Source: Squalus acanthias (lineage: Eukaryota). Taken from it: DNA of 64,000 bases. Positions 13,392-25,760 of this stretch are shown piece by piece (position 1 is the stretch's first letter; every line of letters begins with the position of its first letter). The position numbers and the translations under genes were made by a program. Where the stretch lies: positions 108,378,001 to 108,442,000 of the forward strand of contig CM059432.1 of NCBI GenBank assembly GCA_030390025.1, written 5' to 3'. The notes under the pieces were generated by a model. It ran no database searches and had not been told where the DNA came from. It worked only from the letters and a program-made list of their open reading frames with translations.

Positions 13392-13586
13392 GCTGAGTCA
13401 TTGAGTATATTCAAGGCTGAGATAAGATAGATTTTTGGACTTTAGCGGAATCAAGGGATATGGGGATCGGCCGGGAACGTGGACTTGATGTCGAAGATCA
13501 GCTAAGATCATATTGAATGGCGGAGCAGGCTGGAGGGGCCGTATGGTCTACTCCTGCTCCTAATTCTTAAGTTCTTATGTTCTTAA
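13392..13586 (+). mobile_element. CR1 3' terminal fragment with (gttcttat)n-like tail
   Basis: Matches the 3' ends of other CR1 copies in the window. Confidence 0.85.
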
Positions 13587-13683
13587 ATCCAAACCCAAGG
13601 CAGGAAGTCTATCTTCATAGCTCAACGCATCTACACCAGAGCTCATCCCTGTTGCCTTGCCATACCGTCTCTACAGCCACAAT

Positions 13684-14437
13684 AGCCCTGAATTTCCGAC
13701 CCCCACGGGTGCGTACGAGGTGTGTACGCACCCATAGGGGCCACGCAAGTTCTGGGTTTAGGCATGCAAAGCGTATGCGCTGAAACCCGGAACTTGCGAT
13801 CTGTCAAGAATTCTCTTGACAGATCATCCACATCCCCGGGAGATGGGCCTCTGCGGGTGGAGAGTTGCGCTATTTGCTCAACCTCCGCCTGCTGAAAGGC
13901 CATAGAATTCTTACGCCTGGTAAAAGCAGGTGTAAGGCCTGCTTTTGCCAGCATAAGAGTTTTAAAAAATAGAAAAATAAGATTTTATCACTCACTTATA
14001 AATTAAAAACCCTGTCTTATAAGGTAAGATTATATTAAGCCCCGTTAAAACTTATTAAAAAAAATTCAAAAAATTACATTTTTGTTTAACATATTTAATT
14101 AAATGCCATTTTAATTAAATTTATATATGTAATGGATTTTATTTATTTATTTCAGTGTGTTGGTGCATTTTGGCAGTCATCCCCATTCATACTTTTGACA
14201 GTCCTGTACGTACGGAACTGTCAAAAGTATGAAGGGGGATTCCCTGCTTCCATTGGTTGAGCTGGCCCATGTGATGCTAGGGGTGCTTGCGAACCGCATG
14301 CGCCCCTGGGATATCTGGGCCTCTGCGCATTTCCAAGAGGAGAGGCCCAGGATCGCAAGCCTCGGGATCTACAGAACCAGCAGGTAGGTTCGTAGAATTT
14401 TTTCTGATTGGAGGCATCCGATCGGAAATTCAGGGCC
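13684..14437. mobile_element. Harbinger-type MITE, 80 bp from a VPS41 donor site
   Basis: TIR (A/G)GCCCTGAATTTCCGA / TCGGAAATTCAGGGCC, 3-bp TSD AAT. A related partial copy lies at ~35679-35890. Confidence 0.82.
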
Positions 14438-14516
14438 AATGTCTTTCTTGATGTCTCTGCTTCAACACAATAGCAGTCTGTTATTTAATAAGTGAAGTTT
14501 AAAAAAATACACTTAC

Positions 14517-14579
14517 TTTGATAGGACAGTCAAAGTTTTCATGAAATCCTTCTCTGGTGTATAGTCCAACCACCTGGAC
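14517..14579 (-). CDS. VPS41: VPS41 coding exon (63 nt; VQVVGLYTREGFHENFDCPIK)
   Basis: Acceptor gtttttgctgatcag, donor gtaagt. Matches human VQVFGLYSGEEFHETFDCPIK. Confidence 0.96.
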
Positions 14580-14639
14580 CTGATCAGCAAAAACAACAGG
14601 AGGGTCACAAAGATAATTTCACAAGAAGTCTGTACTAAG

Positions 14640-14845
14640 AAAATTAAAACTACAATCACTGGAAAATTAAAATAAAAGTAGAAAATGCATAGCTGGTGAG
14701 TCAACATCTTTACAGAGAAAAGACAAGTTAATATTTTGGGATGCAATTCTTTGACAGGGCTCTCCTGAGATGTTAACCTATATTCTCTTTACAGCTGCTG
14801 ATGGAGCTACTGTGTATTTCCAGCATTCTCTGTTTTTAATTTAAA
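14640..14845. mobile_element. Old inverted pair of Penelope-like 3' terminal modules
   Basis: The plus half (cctgagatgttaacc...tatttccagcattctctgttttt) resembles 31045-31125 and 56555-56635. The left half resembles its reverse complement. Confidence 0.5.
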
Positions 14846-15383
14846 TAACCAAAGTGCTCTCAGGGATTAACTCTCAATGGAAGGTCCATCAGTACATCTC
14901 CTGATGAACTGGATACAAACCTTTCAATTCTAGGTCTCCTTCAGAGCAGTTCTACAAGTGCAAATGTTCAGATTAATAAATGGTGAAAACCACTGTACTT
15001 CAATTTCCTCTCACTTAATCAATCCTAAAAGCTTGAAGACCCCATGTACCTACCTTTCTCCCCCCCAACCCCTCCACCCCACTTCCTGGGAAAGACAAAG
15101 GCCGCGATTTTCCCATTGGAGGCAAGTAGGGTGCAGGTCAGGTGGTCGGCGGGTCCCGATCCCACCTCGGCTGTCAGGTGGGAAAAATTTCCGATTTTCC
15201 CCTAATTGGCCAATTAATTCCGGGCGAGTGCGCTCCCCTGGCCCAATTAGTCTTTTGGGACTGAAACTCGCCTCTGCTGACGTCACTTATCCAGCTGCAT
15301 TTAAGGGCTCCAAGCAGCCTTGGTTCATTTTATGCCTCTCTTTTTGATGATTTACAACTCTGTTACTTTCTGCTGCTATAAAG

Positions 15384-15622
15384 ATGTCCAGCTCAAGGCC
15401 CAAGGCCTCCCCGAGGTTCGATGATGACTCCCTCCATGCTCTGGTGGAGGGAGTAAGAGCTCACAAGGAGGTGCTCTTCCCCTATTGTGGGAGGAAAAAA
15501 CCTCCCCAACAAACAAAGGCTGTGTGGCTCCAACTCGCAAGGGATGTGAGCTCTAGGTCGGTGTGCAGCAGAACCTGGCTGCAGTGCCGTAAGAGGTTCA
15601 ATGACCTTGTCCGATTAGGAAA
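15384..15622 (+). pseudogene. Harbinger Myb/SANT (trihelix-like) DNA-binding protein, first exon
   Basis: PRFDDDSLHALVEGV...KAVWLQLARDVSSRSVCSRTWLQCRKRFNDL is a Myb/SANT-like signature. The downstream part is missing. Confidence 0.85.
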
Positions 15623-15929
15623 ACTGAGTATACCATCACCTTGACCCTCATTCTGCTCCCCTTCTCCTCTCATCACCAGCACTCTGCATTGTCAACCTAC
15701 ATCCCACTGTACCCTTACATCCCTTGCACCCTTAACCATCCCTCTCTCTCTATGTACACACTCACTTCACTATTCGACTATGCTGCCCTCACACTCCCTA
15801 TCACAGTTATGCAATAACAACTAACACCACACAGGGAGGGCCATTGGTATTGGCACCTCACTCCATCTTTGTCTCCTTCTAAGCATCTATGCTCTGGATT
15901 CTCTACACTCACTCCATCATTCTCACTCA

Positions 15930-16585
15930 AACTCTTGTCGCCAAGTAGCCATCCGCAAAGTTGGTTAGGCGGATTGAAGAGTGGTGGCACACTAGACTGC
16001 CGCAGGATGAACGAGTCATGGCAACTGCCAGGGTACTTGGCGCAAACATGCAAAATATCCTTCTTGTGGTTATACACCAGCTGCACGTTGAGGGAGTGGA
16101 AGCCCTTGCGGTTGACAAAGAGAGCCGGGTTGTGATGAGGTGCCCTAAGGGCCACGTGTGCAGTCTATGACGCCCTGCACCATTGGCAAGCCTGCCATAT
16201 TTGCAAAGCCAACTGCATGCGCGGTTACACTTGCTTGATCTGTTGAGAAGTGGATGTAATTGTGCGCCTTTGCAAAGAGGGAATCGGTTACCTGCGTGAT
16301 GCAGGTGTGTGCAGCCGACTGGGAGATGCCGCTGATGTCTGCTGATGATCCCTGGAAGGAGCCTGAAGCAAAAAAGTTGAGTGCGGTGGTGACTTTGACA
16401 GCCACTGGTAAGGAGTGTCCACCCGCTCCTCTGGGCTCCAGGTGTTGGTGCAGCATTGCGCAGATGTCACCGACTACCTCTTGCGAAAGTCTCAGCCTCC
16501 TTTGGCACTGCTGCTCAGTCATGTTGAGTAAGGTCATCCTCGGCCTGTAAACCCTGTGTTGGGGGTATCTCCTGCGGCGATGTGC
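15930..16585 (-). pseudogene. Harbinger DDE transposase (HARBI1-like), frameshifted and C-terminally truncated
   Basis: Motifs [22 protein letters not shown](H), [28 protein letters not shown]. Frameshift near 16150; the final catalytic E region is lost. Confidence 0.92.
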
Positions 16586-17675
16586 TTACCTGTGCTGACG
16601 CCTTCTGCCCTGTGCACCATCGGGTGGCTGAGCAGGAGGTTGGCGTTCCTGCTGTTGGTGCTGCTGTTGCCGCGGCTGCTCTTCGTCCGAATCGGAGGTC
16701 CAGGATGAAAGGAAATAAATGGCTCCCATGCTGCTGGTATATACCTCAGTTGAGGAAGCGCTCAGTCAATGTGGGGAGAGGGTTTTCCCAGGAGGTCATA
16801 GTGGAGATGGATCTCAGCTTCACCACTTCCAAAATCAGTAGACATGCAAAAAGTTCTCCAAGACCTGAAAAAACAAAGTTCAGCCACCTGCAACTGATCC
16901 TTGTTGAAAGCTCCGTTTTTAAGCTGGAGCTGCAGCTGTTAGGAAGCCAGCCACTTGTGAACCCGACAGGATTAGCTGGCATGTTTCAGGAGAGATGTGC
17001 AGCATGCTGGAAATGTGGCAAATTTTGAAAGGCCTCTCAAAATGGGATTATAGAGGTAGTTAAGTGGTTGTTAAGTGCCTTAAGGGACTATCCCGCCGCT
17101 TGGAGTCGGGACCGAAATGGAGTCTGCAAGCCCGCCTTTGGGAAAGTTGCGCGGAGGCGGGTTGACGGCGGGATCGGAACCCGCCGTCATTTTTTTTGCA
17201 AGTTTCCCACCTGACCCGCCTCCAAACCCATCCCGAGTGCCGGCAAAATCCAGCCCAAAGACTGAAGACACTCATAGCTAGTTCAGGGAACCAGTGTCAA
17301 AAATTCCTCCCCGACTCCTCAAAGGCGATTGGGCAAATCCATCTAGGTGCTCCAGTGTACAAAGGCCAATGAGCCACAATACCAGTCAACAACTGGATCC
17401 TGAAATTGAGTTGGGAAAAAATGTGTTCTACTGAGTCTCCCACACTGATCTGTGCATATTAGCCGAAAGCTCAGCAGTTTGACAGGAAAGTACAGAACAA
17501 ATCAGATAAATGCCATCCTTGACCTGCTCGTAGACATCTCTTGCTGGCCATTTCTGGAGCAGCATTGGCAGGGCCAGGGAGCAGGTTGCTGACTGCACAC
17601 CTGACCACGGATTGCTGGGACACACAAAAATGGGGAAGAAAAGTACCTTGACCATGAGGAGATCAGATCTTTGAG

Positions 17676-18055
17676 CATGGCTCGGTGGTAATAATCTCAC
17701 CTCTGACTCAGATGATTGTCGGTTCAAGCCTCACTACGGACTTGAACATTTAACCTAGTTTGACACTTCAGTCTGCTGCTAAGTGCTGCATTGTCAGAGG
17801 TGCCGTATTTCAGATAAGACTATCAACCGAGGCCCCATTTTCCTGTTCAGATGGACATAAAAGACCCCATGGCACTATTTGAAGACGAGCAGTTTTTCCT
17901 TTCTGACATTCCTCCCTCAACCAACAGGACCATTTCATTTGCTGTAGGCCCTTGCTGTGTACTACATTTGCTTACACGACAGTCATTGGCTGTGAAGCAC
18001 TTTGGGATGTCCTGAGGATATGAAAGTTACGATTAATTGCAGGTTCTTCACTTTT
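17676..18055 (+). mobile_element. Deu-domain SINE with tRNA-like head
   Basis: tggctcggtggt / ggttcaagcc boxes followed by the shared body and tail. Confidence 0.7.
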
Positions 18056-18443
18056 TCTTTAAAAGAAAGAAAAAATAGATTCTGGAATGCACTCCATATT
18101 TCCGTGTTGCTCCTTGCTTCCGCTCTCCTACTACACACTACTCTATAAATTGTTTTCTCCTGCTCACATCCAGTAAGGTTTAGAGGGCAGATAAGGAAGG
18201 CACAGAACTACATGGGAAACAGCTGCCTGGCTGCTGTTGATCATGACCATGCATACCGTACCGGTTTTAAACTACCAGATGCTGGGTTTGGCCGTCCTTC
18301 TCTGCATCTTTCTCTCCCTGCAAGAACTATAGGGACAGTGCTGTTTTATGGAGCAGGTGGTGGTGATGATGTGTGCAAGGGAAAGGAAACTCTGGTAGAA
18401 ATGAAGCAGGAGGGGCAAAACTGACCCACTCATCGGGAAAAGG

Positions 18444-19553
18444 CAGGCATTCTCAACCGGGGGTCCGCAAAAAGATTTCAAGGGGTCCGCCAAATCGAAA
18501 TGTGAACTCCGGAGCAAAACACGTCCGACTGAAGTGCCCCAGAAGTGCCGACTGGTGAGCTGAAAATCAATCACCGAGGCAAGGTGACTGGTGCACCCGC
18601 AGATGGCAACCCTGATCCCTGCGGTTTTAACAGGTCCGCCTCGATAGGTTTCCTGGTGGCCGACTGGATTCCTTCTGGTATCATTGGGTGCCCCCTTTGC
18701 CCTGGCTACCCCAAATGATGCACCCAAGATGGTCGGTCCTGGGCCCGCGGATTTATTGTTCGGAAAGCGGTCTTCCACTTTACTGCTGTCACTCCATCCA
18801 GCCAAGGCGTAGCAACACAGGCTTGGTATTACCCTCCCCAGCACAGCAAGCCCTTTCATCTACCGTGGCCTGGAGGAGCTCTGATATTCCGACCCAATGT
18901 TATTAACGGAACACCGGGTCAGCACACCCGGCCTGGCAGTGGAGTCGCCCTTTCACCCTCTTCCCTTGCTCGATCGGAGCCAGTGTAGCAAAATACCAAG
19001 CCCCGCCCGTGCTTTCCAATGAGCCACTCCCGGAGGAAATCGGACTCAGACTTCTAGAGCAAAATGCATCCAACCACGGTTGTACAAATCGGGGGAAATG
19101 CAGACTGGGAAATCATTAACCAAGGTAATTCCAGGCCCCCACCCGCAGAGGGCAGCACTCTTTTTCAGGCAGGTTCTTGGTTAACCATATCCCACTTTGG
19201 ATTTGGTCTCTGAAAATTATTTTCAGCTTTGGGTTAACCATTTCCCTCCTTTTATTAATTTCTGCATGTTTTGGTTTATCATTTCCCCTTTTGGACTTGG
19301 TCTCTGCATGCATTTTTTGACTTTTTGCTTAATCATGTTTACTCATTTTTGTCGAAGATACCTCCACATCTTGACAGAATCGTTGCTCAGCATCAGCAAC
19401 AAGTTTCACATTAATTAAATAAAACAATATGATGTTTAATTGATTAGATAATTTTTATACAGAAAAGATACTTGTGTTGTGTTACGGGGGTCCGTGGAAT
19501 TTTTAACAACACAGGAGGGGGGGCCTCAAAAGCGAAAAGGTTGAGAACCCCTG
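18444..19553 (+). mobile_element. hAT/Charlie-type non-autonomous element
   Basis: Termini CAGGCATTCTCAACC / GGTTGAGAACCCCTG. 19349-19414 encodes LSKIPPHLDRIVAQHQQQVSH*, a typical Charlie transposase C-terminus. No clean 8-bp TSD. Confidence 0.75.
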
Positions 19554-20587
19554 GTCTCGGGCACCCACAAGTGATGAAATCTGTCATCTGTCCGACTTGG
19601 CTCAGTGGCAGCGCTCTTACCCGTGAGTCAGAAGGGTGAGCACATAAGTGACACTTCAGTGCAGTGCTGAAGGAATGCTGCACTATTGGAGGTACAGTCC
19701 CCACTGCTTATAGTAGGAGCATTTGTGCAAATGCGATTTGCCTGTTATACACAATGACCGGTATAACCGGGGGGAAAAAAATGTATTTGAAGCATACTTT
19801 TATGAAACTTGGAAAAAGGGACTGTGCAAGTGTGAGAATCAGCCAGCTTTGGGACACCTCATCGAAATTCCTAATGACGCAAAACTACCATGTAAACACA
19901 AGATAGTATCACACTGGTGAATTTCTCTCAATCCTTATTCCTGGGACAGACTCCATCCTTTATTGATCAATGAATACTTTATATAAAACTGCCATCAGGC
20001 GGTGTTTGTGTTCCTCTTTCCCATTAATTCTAAGCTACAAACATGGGACATGGTTTCAAATGCCAAACTGCAGGGATCAGAAGCTGACCACTGGTATTCG
20101 GTGTAGAGCAGGGTCAGTGTTAACGTTTGACAGACTTTATGGAAGGTATGCACCACTTTTAATAAGATGCTATTGCCTAAAGGACATTTAAAGTCTCGAA
20201 CTGAATGTTGCCATAGTTGCCAAAGCAGCTTTGACTCGAAAGCGGATGTTAAGTGTGTGTAGCAGACAAAATAATGAAAGAAATAGCTGATTTAGCATTG
20301 TGCTAATTATGCTGGCTACAATTTGCAGAGCATGATGTTAATTAACAAAGGCTGAACTTAACTGGTGAAAGAATTGCTTTTTGTTTTTCTTGGAGGGTAT
20401 CAGATTGAATACAAAATACATTTAGAGCTGCAAAAAAAACCCAGCATCTTTGTTTCTGTCCGTAATAAATTGAGCATTTAAGACGCTGTAACTGGCAATT
20501 TTGAAATAGACTTAATGCAAATGGCTCATGGTTATCACTTTTTGGTCAATACATGACTGCCCGTTTTAAATGTGGATGTTTTAAGTG

Positions 20588-20900
20588 GTGCCGACTGTAC
20601 CATCTCTTGGCTGAGACGTTAAACTGAGGCCCTACCTGTCCTCTCACATGGACATAAAAGTTCCCATGGCACTATGTGAAGAGGAGCAGGGGAGTTCTCC
20701 TGGCCACCCCAACATTTATCCCTCAAACGACATCATTAAAACAGATTATTTGGTTATTTATCTCATTGTTGTTTCTGGGACCTGGCTGTGCCCAACTTGG
20801 CCCGCGTTTCTCTGCACTTCAAAAGTACGTAATTAGCTGTAAAACGCTTCTGGCCATCCTGCGGTCGTGAAAGGTGCCATATAAATGCAAGTTCTTTCTA
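20588..20900 (+). mobile_element. Deu-domain SINE, partial
   Basis: Shared body gagacgttaaactgaggcc...cccatggcactat and tail. Confidence 0.75.
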
Positions 20901-21649
20901 TATGAAAACTTTCTGGAAATCATTAGGAAAATGCAAGCCTTTAGCTAAATATTGAATATAGGAATGAATGACTTAGCAGAACAACCTGCTTAAAGGTTAA
21001 GTACCATGGCAGATAGACAAGAAAAAACTGTTTAGTATTGCAAGAAAAACTCAATTTGTCCGGTAATTTGTCCTAGGTAAATTTGTCTCAAAATGTATAT
21101 AATTGTGTATGAACTTGGGTTTAAGATCGGAGCTATTGCTCAGTGCGTCTGTGAGAAGAGAATACTATTGACCCAAAATTATCTTGGAAACACAAGATGG
21201 TATTACACTGGTGAACACTGGTTATCCAGAAACATTACAGAATTTTGAAAGTTAATGTCTTTATCATGCCCTTTTTAAAAATTGTACACGTGTATTGATA
21301 GTAGATTGAAAACTGCATTCTTTGCTCTAAGGCCTGTTACGCTAACACATGGAAATTATGGAGTGCATCAAAAATTGCATCAGGCAATCGGAGTCTTGTG
21401 TTGCAGCGCACCGTGTTTGTAATCTAGGTGTTGAGATGAAGGAGGCACCAAAGTCTGGATGGTTAGTTTGTACCTGAGCTGATCAATGAAACAAAAATCT
21501 GTGTGTAAATTACTGCCTTTGCAACCCTGTTGCTGAAAGAATTGTCTAAAAGATAAGGAAGGGGCAAGAAAGCAAAATCACTGCTGACCTGGCCAAACCT
21601 TGAATTCCAACAGGTTCATCAATAATATTTAGTAGGAACAGCAGAAGGG

Positions 21650-21995
21650 AAGAGGGTACCGAGGAGTATGAACAGCTGAGGGCTGCAGTACTATATGGGA
21701 ATGTGCAAAGCATTAGAAATAAAGTCAGGGAACTAGAAGCAGTAATTAGAATGGAGGAACATGACATCGTATCCTTGACAGAGACTTGATTTCAGTCGGG
21801 AAAGACTGGGAACTAAATATTTCCTGCTATAAAATTTTCAGAAGTGATAAAGAAGGAAAAAAAGTGAAGTGTTGATCTTTGGAATTCAAGGCACAATTAA
21901 TTATGCTACAAGAAGTTTTATTGGTAGTGGTGCTCAGAGCTTGTCTCAAGAAATAATAAGGAATCTGTTAGCATATTGGGAGTAATTTATAGACC
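21650..21995 (+). mobile_element. Degenerate CR1 endonuclease fragment
   Basis: Translates LYGNVQSIRNKVRELEAVI...DIVSLTET and GVIYRP. Confidence 0.7.
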
Positions 21996-22157
21996 GCTCA
22001 ATAAAGCATTCGGATTTCTGTACATCAAGTCATTTGGTCTTTTTTGCCTGCACTAAAACTAGGCTGTACTTGGGCAATGAATTTACAGTCCCATTTTCCT
22101 GCTTTCTCCCCACACCCTTTTGTATTCTTAAGAGATTAGCATTACCTGTTTTGAATG

Positions 22158-22519
22158 CTACAATGAGTCTACCATGCTTTCCAGACTGGAAATGAAGGGC
22201 TTCATGGTGTGCACAGAGCTTTGTGCAATGTTGGAGGCGGACTCCTCCACGCTCCTTACCATTGCCGACAGGCTCTCAGGCACCCTTGCCATTGCATCTA
22301 TGATCTCCATGTGCATGCCCATCACCCTTCTTCTAAAGGCCTCCCCATCGAGGTCCTCATCTGAGTCCTGTGCAGCAGAACTCGCGCGCGAACTCGCCCT
22401 CCGGGGAGCTGACTCCCGAGCTACCCTGTCCCCCTGGCCTTGCTGTAGCCCACTCGTTCCCGGTGCATCACCCTGTGCAGATCCCACTACTATACTAGCC
22501 TCTAAAGAACGCAGAGTGC
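22158..22519 (-). mobile_element. Second copy of the putative Harbinger accessory-gene fragment
   Basis: ORF 22158-22547 is homologous to ~12560-12900 and is fused directly to the 5' end of a CR1. Confidence 0.55.
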
Positions 22520-23503
22520 CAGTGGTGTTGGGACCACTGTTGTTCACAATTTATATTAACGATTTAGACTTTGGAATCAAAAACACAATTTCTAAATTTG
22601 CAGACGACACCAAATTGGGGGGCAGTCAACACTGAGGAGGACTGCAACAAATTACAAGAAGACATTAATAAACTTGCAGAATGGGCATAATTGGCAAATG
22701 AAATTCAACACAGATAAATGAGAGTTATTATATTTTGGTGGGAAGAATAGGGAGGAAAATAAGAATCTAAATGGGGTAGAGGAGCAAAGAGATCTAGAAG
22801 TACAAATACACAAATCACTAAAAGTATCGACACAGGTTAACAAGGCCATAAAAAAAGCAAACCAAGCACTAGGGTTTATTTCTAGAGGGATAGAATTGAA
22901 AAGAGGTGAAGTTATACTAAACTTGTATTGAACCTTGGTTAGACCACACTTGGAGTACTGCGTGCAATTCTGGTCACCATATTATAAAATGGATATAGAG
23001 GCACTGGAGAGGATGCAGAGAAGATTTACAAGGATACCAGAAATGCGAGGGTACACCTACCAGGAAAGGATGAACAGGCTGGGTCTCTTTTCTCTTGAAA
23101 AAAGAAGGGTGAGGGGTGACCTAATAGAGGTCTTTAAAATCATGAAAGGTTTTGATAGAGTGGATACAGAGAGAATGTTTCCACTTGCAGGGAAGAGCAA
23201 AACTAGAGGCCATCAATACAAGATAGTCACCAAGAAACCAAATAGGGAATTCAGAAGAAACTTCTTTACCCAGAGAGTGGTGAGAATGTGGAACTCGCTA
23301 CCACAGGGAGTGGTTGAAGTGAATAGTATGGATGCATTTAAGGGGTGGTTAGATAAGCATATGAGGGAGAAGGGAATAGAGGGTTATGATGATAGTTAGA
23401 TGAGGAAAGACGGGAAGAGATTCGAGTGGAGCATAAACACCGGCATAGACTGGTTGGGCCGAATGGCCTGTTTCTGTGCTGTATATCCTATGTAATCCTA
23501 TGT
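22520..23503 (+). mobile_element. CR1 LINE, 5'-truncated
   Basis: [15 protein letters not shown]...[24 protein letters not shown]; tail (atcctatgta)n. Confidence 0.92.
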
Positions 23504-24114
23504 ATCAAATTGTTTTTCTTTCCTTGTGTAGTTTCAGGTTAAACCTCTCAAGTGGCATTTACTTATTTATGCTTTAACTCAATCCTTTGGACCCAGAGTA
23601 CACTGAACCAAATTGAACCGTTGATGCTTTGGTTCAGCATAATTAGTAATGCATCAACTAATCAATCTCGATTAAGCACAGAAGACTAACCCAAGATTAA
23701 CATGCTGGAGTGGATCTTCATTATATGTTGTGTTCATATTCCTGTAACATTTTCACCTTGGATTTGTGCTCTTTCCCATTGTAACTTAATACATCTGTTG
23801 CTAATCTGGCCATGCAAAATTTGTGCACATTATATATTTATCTCTATTCTTATAGCCCGTTTCCATAGCACACAAACTATTCCTTCAGTGAAAATCTGGG
23901 GAAGTAAAACTACTTCCAGCACTGAATTTGAAACTGATGTATACATAAAGTGTGCAAAACTAGCTATGTGACAAAACTAGACTCCATGCTTTGAACAACT
24001 CATAACCAATGTTTACACTGCATTTCTCCAGGGGGTTATATTAATTTCCTGCTAAAGTTATAGTGGGAGATTGAGGCAAACCACGCCCCCACCCCGAGAA
24101 AATTCAGGGCTATT

Positions 24115-24390
24115 AAGAACTTGCATGTATATAGCATTCTGTCACTTCCGTGGGACATGCCAAAGCATTTCACATTTAACAAACTATTTCTCAAGTGCAG
24201 TTACTGCTGTTATGTAGGCAAATGCCAACCAATTTGTGCACAATAAGGTCTCACAAATGAGATAAATGACCAGTCAATCTGTTTTTGATGCTGTTGATTG
24301 GGCGAAGAACTGCTGCTCTTCAAATTGTACCATGGGACCTTATGTCTACCTGAACAGGCAGGTCGGGCCTCAGTTTAACGTCTCATCGAA
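24115..24390 (-). mobile_element. Deu-domain SINE, degenerate
   Basis: Reverse complement of the shared SINE body and tail. Confidence 0.65.
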
Positions 24391-24559
24391 AAGATAGATT
24401 ATTCCAAATTTGACAAGATTCTACACCCACCCCCTCAAACTTAGATGAGATGCCACCCAATATTTCATTAGCCTTGTTGATTATAGCTTCACAGTCAATG
24501 AATGGCTCATAGTGGCACCCAAATACTTTCCACCTTTGCTACTGCGCACCCAATCATCA

Positions 24560-25420
24560 TGTAGCAATATATAGGTCATGCTCTAAGGTGCATCACCTTA
24601 GACCTATTCATACTAAAACCTATTGGTCATTCCTACTTGGTCCAGACTTTTTGAATGTAATAAATCTCTCTGCTACTTGTCATCTGACAATACTGAAGTG
24701 TCATCAAAAATGTTTGTTAGAAATACACGCTTCCATATTGTTTATGAACAGCGTCAACAGCAGAGGACCCAACAGATGGCTGTGGAACTTCATTACTAAC
24801 TGTCCCCCACTCTTCCCGCAGACAGAGCTAAGTCCACTTCATTGGAGGTTAGAGCCATTTGGCCATAAAATCGGAGTTGTATTTATCTTCATATGAGCCA
24901 GAGTCCAATCCCAGGCTACTGCTCATGCCCTATGCCATTTATCATCATCATTTGCCTTCTATTTTCAAAACCCAGACAGTTAATTTGCCATCAGTTCTAT
25001 GAGCCTTAATCTTCTTTAAAAGCGTCACAAATGAAACCTTATTCAATCCTTGTAAAAATCCAAACAAATTACATCCTCCATATAATCCCCACCCACTAAT
25101 TTTAGCTACCTTCACTAGACCTATTGCTTCTAAATCCATCTAATTGTGCATGATGGACTTTGCACTCTTTAGAGACGTGTTGATAGCAGTCAGTAAATGA
25201 TCAAATAGTTTCCTCACTACAGATATGAGGCTAACTAGCCTAGAAATTACAGGTTCATTCCTCATTTTTATTTTGAATATTCAGATCTTGCTCTCCTCCA
25301 GTCTAAGCAAAACTCATGTTTTTAATGGAGTTCCAACAAATATTAACTAGAGTCTTACCAATTTCCGCACACATTTTCTTGAAGAGTCTAGGGTGTATAT
25401 TATCTGGTCTGGGTGTTCTG
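24560..25420 (-). mobile_element. Very degenerate CR1 RT fragment
   Basis: Residual similarity (PRPDNIHPRLFKKMCAEI; CNLFGFLQGLNKVS ~ VYLDFQKAFDKV). Confidence 0.55.
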
Positions 25421-25433
25421 CAGGCAGTCTTTA

Positions 25434-25760
25434 GGTAGAATAGCCTAGTGGTGTAGTACTGGATTAGCAACCCAGAGGTCATGAGTGCAAATCCTACTGT
25501 GGCAACTTGTGAAATTGAATTCAATAAATCTGTTAATTTGTGAGCCAGCAGCAAAAAAAAGAATAGATTGTCAATAAAACCCAACTGATTCACTATTATC
25601 CTTCAGGGAAGGGAACCTACTGTTTCCATACCTGGTCTGGCCGACATGTCATTCCAGTCCCACACTACGTGTTATGACTCCTAATGCCCCAAGGGCAACT
25701 AGGGATGGGCAATAAATGCTGGCTTGACAGCGTTGCTCACGTCCCAACAACAAATAAAGT
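25434..25760 (+). mobile_element. tRNA-derived SINE with LINE-type tail (gggcaactagggatgggcaataaatgctggc)
   Basis: tRNA-like head; homologous copy at ~42065-42403; tail shared with the LINE end at 52049-52237. Confidence 0.7.

Larger units (their letters stand above)
15100..17256. mobile_element. PIF/Harbinger DNA transposon, internally deleted
   Basis: Imperfect TIRs GGCCGCGATTTT / AAAATCCAGCCC, AAA on both flanks, convergent Myb/SANT and transposase genes. Confidence 0.85.

Noticed and set aside
15930..16585. Host gene HARBI1
   Set aside because: Frameshifted, truncated, flanked by TIRs and paired with a Myb/SANT ORF; it is a transposon copy.
18272..18859. 195-aa minus-strand ORF
   Set aside because: Crosses a transposon boundary, has no recognisable domain, and is expected by chance in GC-rich DNA.
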